Positions 58,234 to 64,000 of a DNA stretch of 64,000 bases are shown here, in pieces. Location: assembly GCA_002477805.1 (NCBI GenBank), contig DLKQ01000038.1, forward strand, positions 11,476 to 75,475. Reading direction: 5' to 3'. Position 1 is the first letter of the stretch. The number at the start of each line of letters is the position of its first letter. The translations under genes and the position numbers were made by a program. Under the pieces are notes generated by a model, which searched no databases, was not told where the DNA came from, and saw nothing but the letters and a program-made list of their open reading frames with translations. This DNA is from Christensenella sp. UBA7584 (GTDB lineage Bacteria > Bacillota > Clostridia > Christensenellales > UBA1242).

Positions 58234-58839
58234 CTAAAGCTTATGCTCAGGATTTGTCTTATTTTTTGAAACTATTTTTTTGTCTTTTGCTTTATCTTTG
58301 TTATAAATCAAGTCTTGCTGATACCTTATTTCACATCTATCTATTATTGTTTCATTCAGTCTGTTTTCTCTAAAAGATGTATATCCCTTTAATTTAATTA
58401 ATGCAGGATTTTCCCTTTCTCCAAAATACATCGATATCATTGCAATGGAAGCACCTGACAAAACCAATCCTCCTGTATATTCTGATAGAATAGTATCTGT
58501 AATGGTAGATACAATTCCCCCAGCAGAAACTGCCAAACCCAAAATTGAAAGTGGTAAACCAGACTTTAAAATCAGTTCTCGTTGGATTTTTGGATATATA
58601 TTTTCATTAAATTCAAGCATAAAACCAATGTTTGATATTAAATAAAGTTGTTTTTTGTCAAACCTTTCTAAAAACATCGAATCATCATAATACTTTTTCC
58701 TAAAAATTCTATATTGACTATAAAAGAGGTCGAAAGCTTCATCTTCAGCTTCTTTCATTTTCCTAAAAATTTTATTATTTTTTCTATCTTTAATTTTTTG
58801 TACTATACTATGGTGATAATCCGAACTTTCCATTTCCAT
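58234..58839 (-). CDS. Hypothetical protein with two central TM helices
   Basis: An ORF of ordinary composition with no recognisable motif. Confidence 0.55.
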   Translation of the reverse strand: MEMESSDYHHSIVQKIKDRKNNKIFRKMKEAEDEAFDLFYSQYRIFRKKYYDDSMFLERFDKKQLYLISNIGFMLEFNENIYPKIQRELILKSGLPLSILGLAVSAGGIVSTITDTILSEYTGGLVLSGASIAMISMYFGERENPALIKLKGYTSFRENRLNETIIDRCEIRYQQDLIYNKDKAKDKKIVSKNKTNPEHKL

Positions 58840-58855
58840 TCCTTTCTTAATTTAT

Positions 58856-58880
58856 TATACGCTCGTATTTTAGCATAGAT
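58856..58880 (+). repeat. Degenerate, shortened relative of the repeat family
   Basis: TATACGCTCGTATTTTAGCATAGAT, compared with TATACGCAAAATTGTTTTGCATAGT. It lies just downstream of glmS. Confidence 0.35.
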
Positions 58881-58902
58881 GAATGAATATGTCAAGTTTT
58901 GT

Positions 58903-60711
58903 TTACTCAACAGTAACTGATTTTGCTAAATTCCGCGGTTTGTCTGGATTTAATCCCTTATGATTTGCACATAGAAAAGCAAGTTCTTGAAGTGGTTTTA
59001 TTGCAACAAATGGCATTAAAACATCTTTCGTTTTTATAAGTGGTATAAAGAAGTCAACAAAGCTTTTAAGATTTTGAAATTGAGAAACAAGAATAACAAT
59101 TGCACCGCGAGATTTTATTTCGTATATAGCGTTTAAAATTTTGTCAACAAGTTCTTTTTGCGTTAGAATAACAATTACAATAGTTCCTTTTGTAACAAGT
59201 GCCAAACTCCCGTGTTTTAGTTCACCAGCAGGAAACGCCTCACAATGAATATAGCTAATCTCCTTTAGCTTTAAAGCACCTTCTAATGCAAGGAAGTAAT
59301 CTATACCTCTCCCAATAAAAAACAAACTTTGTTTTTCTGATATGGTCGGAATTAAATCCACCCATAAGTGTTTTGTTGTAAAATTTCCAAGTTTTTGTGC
59401 AACGGATAAAATTTCTTCTTGTGTAAACTTTAGCTTAATATCATTTTGTTTAGCAAGAAGTGCTATAAAATAATAAAGAGCAGTAATCTGTGCAACATAA
59501 GCTTTTGTTGAAGCAACAGCAATTTCTGGTCCCGCATAAGTCGGTATAACAAAATCTGCAATTTGACTTATACTACTACCCAGCACATTCGTGATAGCAA
59601 CGCAATAAGCTTTATACTTTTTTGCTAGTTCCAAACTTGCTAATGTATCAGCTGTTTCACCACTTTGGCTAATAAAAATACACAAACTTTTTTTGTTGAT
59701 AATTGGCTTTTTGTATCTAAATTCACTTGCGTAATCCAGCGAAACATTTATTCTACATTCTTTTTCAATCAAAAATTTTGCAATCATTCCCGCGTGGAGT
59801 GCGGTTCCACAAGCAACTATATAAATGTTTGGGTGCTCTGAAAGTAAGCCAGAAATTCTACTCTTTTCAATTTTAGTAAAAATCTTATCTTTTTTCAACT
59901 TTAAAATGGTGTTTACAATTGCAAAACTTCCTTGTGCAATCTCTTTTTCCATAAAAGTTCCATAACTTCCCAAGCGTACCTGCTCTAAAGTTAAATCTAC
60001 CTTTTTTATTTTCAATTTTGTGGGAGAAAGCTTTGAGTCAAAAATTTTAACTTCATTTTTGCTTATGACACCGATATCTCCGTCTTTTAAATATATTACA
60101 TTTTGAGTATAAGGTAATACAGCTGGAATATCGCTTGCAATAAAATTTTCACCACTTCCATATCCAATAATTAAAGGACTCTTCTTTTTAGCAAAAAAAA
60201 CTTTATTCGGAAAATTTTCAACCAGAATTCCTAGAGCATAAGAACCTTTTATTTGCCGACAAACACTGCTAATTGCTCGCAAAATATCATTTTCGTCACT
60301 AGATTTCGAAATAAACTTGTCAAGCATAAAGGCAATAACCTCAGTGTCTGTTTGAGACTTGAACTCTATATTATTAAATTGCGATTTTAACTTACTAAAA
60401 TTTTCTATAATACCATTATGAACAATAGCAATATTACCACTTTTACTTGTCTGCGGGTGTGCGTTTTGCTCATTTGGCTCTCCGTGAGTAGCCCAACGAG
60501 TGTGTCCAATTCCACAACTTGAGCAACACGCTTTATCAACTTTTTCTTCTAGATTAACAAGCAATCCTTTGCTTTTTGTTATTTTGATTTTATCACCTTC
60601 ACATAAAGCCATTCCTGCCGAATCATATCCACGATATTCAAGCCTTCTAAGTGAACTTAGCACCACATTTGAAGCAATATTCTTTCCAACATAACCAACT
60701 AAACCACACAT
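58903..60711 (-). CDS. glmS: Glutamine--fructose-6-phosphate aminotransferase
   Basis: MCG N-terminal nucleophile, HTRWATHG, two SIS domains, C-terminal ..KSVTVE. Confidence 0.97.
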   Translation of the reverse strand: MCGLVGYVGKNIASNVVLSSLRRLEYRGYDSAGMALCEGDKIKITKSKGLLVNLEEKVDKACCSSCGIGHTRWATHGEPNEQNAHPQTSKSGNIAIVHNGIIENFSKLKSQFNNIEFKSQTDTEVIAFMLDKFISKSSDENDILRAISSVCRQIKGSYALGILVENFPNKVFFAKKKSPLIIGYGSGENFIASDIPAVLPYTQNVIYLKDGDIGVISKNEVKIFDSKLSPTKLKIKKVDLTLEQVRLGSYGTFMEKEIAQGSFAIVNTILKLKKDKIFTKIEKSRISGLLSEHPNIYIVACGTALHAGMIAKFLIEKECRINVSLDYASEFRYKKPIINKKSLCIFISQSGETADTLASLELAKKYKAYCVAITNVLGSSISQIADFVIPTYAGPEIAVASTKAYVAQITALYYFIALLAKQNDIKLKFTQEEILSVAQKLGNFTTKHLWVDLIPTISEKQSLFFIGRGIDYFLALEGALKLKEISYIHCEAFPAGELKHGSLALVTKGTIVIVILTQKELVDKILNAIYEIKSRGAIVILVSQFQNLKSFVDFFIPLIKTKDVLMPFVAIKPLQELAFLCANHKGLNPDKPRNLAKSVTVE

Positions 60712-61493
60712 ATTTCGTCTCTCCTTTCTAATAATTTTGTATAACTTTCAAGCAGTAAAGTTTTAAAACGAAAATCAGTTGAAACAAGTTTTATTGCTCC
60801 ATTACCATTGCTAAGCAAATTCATAACCCCTAAGCATTGCTTTAGTCTTTTAGCAATTCCTAAATTTCCGTTAAATAAAGTTACATTTCCTAATATTTTT
60901 TTAATTTCTTTCTTAACAATTACATAATGTGTACACCCAAGCACAACTCCATCAACCTTCCCATTAAATTTGCTTAGTTTTTCTTTAAGATAGTCAGATA
61001 TAATCTGTGTATTGGTTAAAAAAAACTCATCGACAAGTGAGGCCAAGTCTTCAAGAGGATAAAAAATAATTTTGGCTTGATTGTTTGCTTTAAATAGTTT
61101 TACTAGTGCACTATGAGCAAGTGTCGCTTTTGTGCCAAGTACTAAAATTTTGTTTTTAACGCTTTGAATAGCTGGTCTAATTGCAGGTTCTGCCCCTATA
61201 ATGATTAGATTTGGAAATTTATGCCTAAGATCATTTATGGCAACTGATGTAATCGTGTTGCAAGCAAGAACAATAGCCTTAGGGTTATATTTAGCACAAA
61301 AAAAACTTACATTATGAAATATAATTTCTTTAATTTGCTTTTTCGATAAATTACCATAAGGGGAATTTTTAGAATCGCATATGTAAACAAAATTTTCATT
61401 TGGAAGTAGCTTTTCGGCTTGCAATAATGTTGTCAAACCACCAAGTCCACTATCAAAGAAAAGTATAAGTTTTTTTACTGCTTTGTTTTTCAT
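60699..61493 (-). CDS. murI: Glutamate racemase
   Basis: FDSGLGGLT, LACNT and GCTHY catalytic Cys motifs. Confidence 0.92.
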   Translation of the reverse strand: MKNKAVKKLILFFDSGLGGLTTLLQAEKLLPNENFVYICDSKNSPYGNLSKKQIKEIIFHNVSFFCAKYNPKAIVLACNTITSVAINDLRHKFPNLIIIGAEPAIRPAIQSVKNKILVLGTKATLAHSALVKLFKANNQAKIIFYPLEDLASLVDEFFLTNTQIISDYLKEKLSKFNGKVDGVVLGCTHYVIVKKEIKKILGNVTLFNGNLGIAKRLKQCLGVMNLLSNGNGAIKLVSTDFRFKTLLLESYTKLLERRDEICVV

Positions 61494-61510
61494 ACAAAAT
61501 ATATTATGAT

Positions 61511-62365
61511 TTAGATTAGTTTAATGTTTTTCTTGTGAACAAGTTTATTAATTGCTTTACCAATTAAACTAGAACATTTTTCAATTTGAATATCCACATC
61601 TTTTGGCGCAAAAATTTTATCAGCAATAGAATCATCAATTTGCTCACAAAGTCCAGAGCCCGAAATCATCATTGGTACACCAATAGCAATAACCTCTACA
61701 CCAAGTGTTTCTTTATTCAGTGCTTTAAGATTATTTTTTACACCCGCACCGGGTGATATTCCACTATTTGAAATTTGGAAACTAAGTCCCAATCTTTTTG
61801 CACTAATTGTACAAAGTGCGTCAACAGCAATAATAACATCAGGTTTTACAATTTCAGTCACGCTTTTAATAATATCAAAACTTGTAATTCCAGTTTGGCC
61901 ACCTACTCCAGCATTTATATAACAAAGTTTTCCAAGACCCTTTTTTAAAACACTAGGTAAACAAGTCGTTGCAAATATTTTTTCAGTAACTTTTGTACCC
62001 AAACTATCAGAAACAATACCATTGTTACCAAGCCCAACCACTAAAACAAGTGGACTTTTTTTAGAAGTTACTTTCTTTAAAAACAACCTCAAGCTTTTAG
62101 TTAATTCGTCACAAACATACTCATCTACACCGCTAAGTCCGGAGTATAAGAATTTACAATTTATGGTAGTATAGTGTCCCATTTTCTTACATAATTTTTT
62201 TGCGAGAATTGGACTATCGACTTCAAATTCATATTTTTCAAGCCCATATTTTCCAATTTTAGTTTTTGAGCCAAAACACAAATCATTTTCAGCTTCAAAA
62301 CTTTCATCAATAAAATCTGAAAAAATTTTTCTACTCTTTTTCCTCATATTTTTGATTATTTCCAA
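61511..62365 (-). CDS. gpr: Germination protease GPR
   Basis: VVGLGNNGIVSDSLG and IAVDAL motifs typical of the spore endopeptidase. Confidence 0.85.
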   Translation of the reverse strand: MEIIKNMRKKSRKIFSDFIDESFEAENDLCFGSKTKIGKYGLEKYEFEVDSPILAKKLCKKMGHYTTINCKFLYSGLSGVDEYVCDELTKSLRLFLKKVTSKKSPLVLVVGLGNNGIVSDSLGTKVTEKIFATTCLPSVLKKGLGKLCYINAGVGGQTGITSFDIIKSVTEIVKPDVIIAVDALCTISAKRLGLSFQISNSGISPGAGVKNNLKALNKETLGVEVIAIGVPMMISGSGLCEQIDDSIADKIFAPKDVDIQIEKCSSLIGKAINKLVHKKNIKLI

Positions 62366-62443
62366 AAAATTGTTTAATATCTCTTGATTTAATTTTTTTT
62401 TTATGATAAAATGGGTTTATAATTTAGGAAGGAGAAATGCAAA

Positions 62444-62710
62444 GTGGCAAACATTAAATCACAAAAAAAGAGAATTGTTACTAACGAAATTGCACACCAA
62501 GCAAACAAATCAAAAAAGAGCCGTATTGCTACTGAAGTTCGTAAATACAAAGAACAAATAGCAAAAGGTGATTTTGAAAATGCCAAAAAGCAATTAGACA
62601 CACTTTTTAGTTTAATTGATCGTGCAAGACTTGACAATGTATATCACCAAAACACAGCAAGCAGAAAAAAAGCAGAACTTGCTAAACTACTTAACAAACA
62701 AGAAAAATAA
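62444..62710 (+). CDS. rpsT: 30S ribosomal protein S20
   Basis: (M)ANIKSQKKR N-terminus with a GTG start behind AGGAAGGAG. Basic helical protein of 88 aa. Confidence 0.93.
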   Translation: MANIKSQKKRIVTNEIAHQANKSKKSRIATEVRKYKEQIAKGDFENAKKQLDTLFSLIDRARLDNVYHQNTASRKKAELAKLLNKQEK

Positions 62711-62713
62711 TTA

Positions 62714-62735
62714 AAAGTTGCACACGCAACTTTTT
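62714..62735 (+). terminator. Intrinsic terminator after rpsT
   Basis: AAAGTTGC-acac-GCAACTTT followed by TT. Confidence 0.8.
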
Positions 62736-62753
62736 CTATTTAAAGGAGTTTTT

Positions 62754-63497
62754 ATGAAATTGATTATAAATGCTGAAGACCTTGGAATGTCTGAAGGCAT
62801 AAATAGAGGTATTTTTGAAGGTCTTAAGGAGGGATTTCTTACAAGTACATCTCTTTTTGTGAATGGAAAATATACATTAGAAGCAGTAAAAACGATAAAA
62901 GAAATGGATTTAAAGAATGTTGGTGTTCATCTTAACCTTACCTATGGTAAGCCTGTTTTGGAAAAGAACGGAATTAAAAGCCTAGTAGAACAAGATGGAA
63001 ATTTCCACTATATGTGCTCTATGCCTTTTTACGCCAAATATGAAGATGTTTGGAAAGAACTTGACGCACAGATTCAAAAATTTTTGTCTTTTGGGATAAA
63101 ACCATCACACCTAGATTTTCACCACTATTTTTATTCTTCACGTGATGTTTATTCAGCCTATTTGGAATTAGCGAAAAAATATGATTTACCAATAAGGTCT
63201 ATGACGCCACAAACTACTCTTATTGCAAAACAGTATGGAATTAAAACTCCAGACATTTTTATTGACCAATTTCACGGAAGTTATAATATTTCAAAATCAC
63301 TTCTTGAGCAAATATCAGAGCAACTAACAAACTGTAATGGAGTTTGCGAACTAATGACAACTCCTGGTTACATTGATGATTTTACACAAACTCAAACAAA
63401 CTATCTAAAGCGAGAAGATGAACTTGTCGCGTTAAAACAAGCTTTTATTGAGGGAGTTTGGAAAGATTTTGAACTTGTAAGTTTTTTAGATTTGTAA
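62754..63497 (+). CDS. ChbG/YdjC family carbohydrate deacetylase
   Basis: MKLIINAEDLGMSEGINRGI N-terminal motif and LDFHH. I place the start at ATG 62754, behind AAAGGAG. The ORF-track extension overlaps the rpsT terminator. Confidence 0.85.
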   Translation: MKLIINAEDLGMSEGINRGIFEGLKEGFLTSTSLFVNGKYTLEAVKTIKEMDLKNVGVHLNLTYGKPVLEKNGIKSLVEQDGNFHYMCSMPFYAKYEDVWKELDAQIQKFLSFGIKPSHLDFHHYFYSSRDVYSAYLELAKKYDLPIRSMTPQTTLIAKQYGIKTPDIFIDQFHGSYNISKSLLEQISEQLTNCNGVCELMTTPGYIDDFTQTQTNYLKREDELVALKQAFIEGVWKDFELVSFLDL

Positions 63498-63505
63498 TTT
63501 TTATT

Positions 63506-63700
63506 CTAAGACAATTTTATACTAAAAAAATTGCAATTCCAAGTAGTATGTGTTAAACTAAAATTGTTTTCCGATTTGTATTTCATTTAATTTTCTCCTT
63601 TTATGTTTGTTAGACTCAAAACAAATATAGCATAAAGAGAAAATTAAATCTACTCATCGGTAAACCTAAACAAAACCACCAGACTATCTGGTGGTTTTAT
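63506..63700 (-). mobile_element. 5' remnant of an IS200-type (Y1/HUH) transposase gene with upstream hairpin
   Basis: The mini-ORF 63586->63506 sits behind an AAGGAG RBS and encodes MKYKSENNFSLTHTTWNC, then unrelated NFFSIKLS*. The first 18 aa resemble the ..SLAHTxWNC(KYHIVF) N-terminus of IS200 TnpA. A 12-bp hairpin lies at 63672-63698. Confidence 0.5.
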
Positions 63701-63721
63701 ATTACAATAAAAAAGCACTTT

Positions 63722-64000
63722 TTAAAGTGTTTTTTTGTTTACATCAGATTGGCTTTGCTCATCAGACTGCTCTGAACTAATTGTAACAATATTTAATCCC
63801 TCAAGTCTTTTATATTTTCTGTAGTAAATAAGACTAAAAATCCATCTGACAAATGGTCCAACAACAAGAATATTTAGCGGAAGAGCGAAAATAAAACCAG
63901 TAAAAAGTGATGTTATGTATGACAAAATAATATCTACATTAAAAGTATTTGTCATAATTGCATTCGTAATAACCCCAACCACACTCATCATTGCAACCAT
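63722..64000 (-). CDS. Small membrane protein (DUF2798-like), possibly incomplete at the window edge
   Basis: Two or three TM helices and an acidic C-terminal tail. The terminator hairpin at 63672-63698 lies downstream. Confidence 0.5.
   Translation of the reverse strand: MVAMMSVVGVITNAIMTNTFNVDIILSYITSLFTGFIFALPLNILVVGPFVRWIFSLIYYRKYKRLEGLNIVTISSEQSDEQSQSDVNKKTL

Noticed and set aside
62401-62637. 78-aa minus-strand ORF
   Set aside because: It is antisense to rpsT, which has an unmistakable S20 sequence and a strong RBS.

Overview
This 64 kb window is mostly chromosomal core from a low-GC, endospore-forming Firmicute with Clostridia-like gene order. The order is rbgA-rnhB-yraN, a divergent tRNA cluster (Gly, Val / Cys, Leu), ruvCAB-yajC, secDF-recJ, rpsO-pnp, a deacetylase and an M16 peptidase. 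It continues with ftsK/spoIIIE-pgsA-cinA-like-recA-rny, tRNA-Trp, rnhA, an ABC exporter pair, xer-lexA and miaB-mutS-mutL-miaA. The rest is a class A PBP, a cysteine desulfurase with thiI, pheST behind a Phe T-box, yunB, spoVAC/D/E, glmS, murI, gpr and rpsT. I found no CRISPR array, no rRNA, no intact prophage or transposon, and no recognisable complete defence system. Four things are not explained by housekeeping annotation. (1) A ~3.8 kb accessory islet lies between tRNA-Leu and ruvC. It holds a roughly 750-codon metallophosphoesterase/zinc-ribbon gene interrupted by one in-frame TAA, about 870 bp of ORF-poor but highly structured DNA, and a truncated serine recombinase. The structured DNA includes a GC-rich three-way junction with a deleted second copy, nested terminators and a 48-bp perfect-arm palindrome in the recombinase leader. 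(2) A ~26-33 nt imperfect palindrome (ATAAYTATRCGYAAAATNNTTTTGCATAGTACT) recurs at least five times at gene ends. Two 26-nt identical copies bracket xer-lexA. (3) A 5' remnant of an IS200-type transposase gene lies near the right edge. (4) Smaller oddities include glmS overlapping murI with no room for a ribozyme leader, a degenerate CinA homologue, a membrane-anchored PadR with a perfect palindromic operator candidate, and an N/T-rich protein behind a forespore-type promoter. All functional calls rest on motifs read by eye in the supplied translations; no database search was possible.
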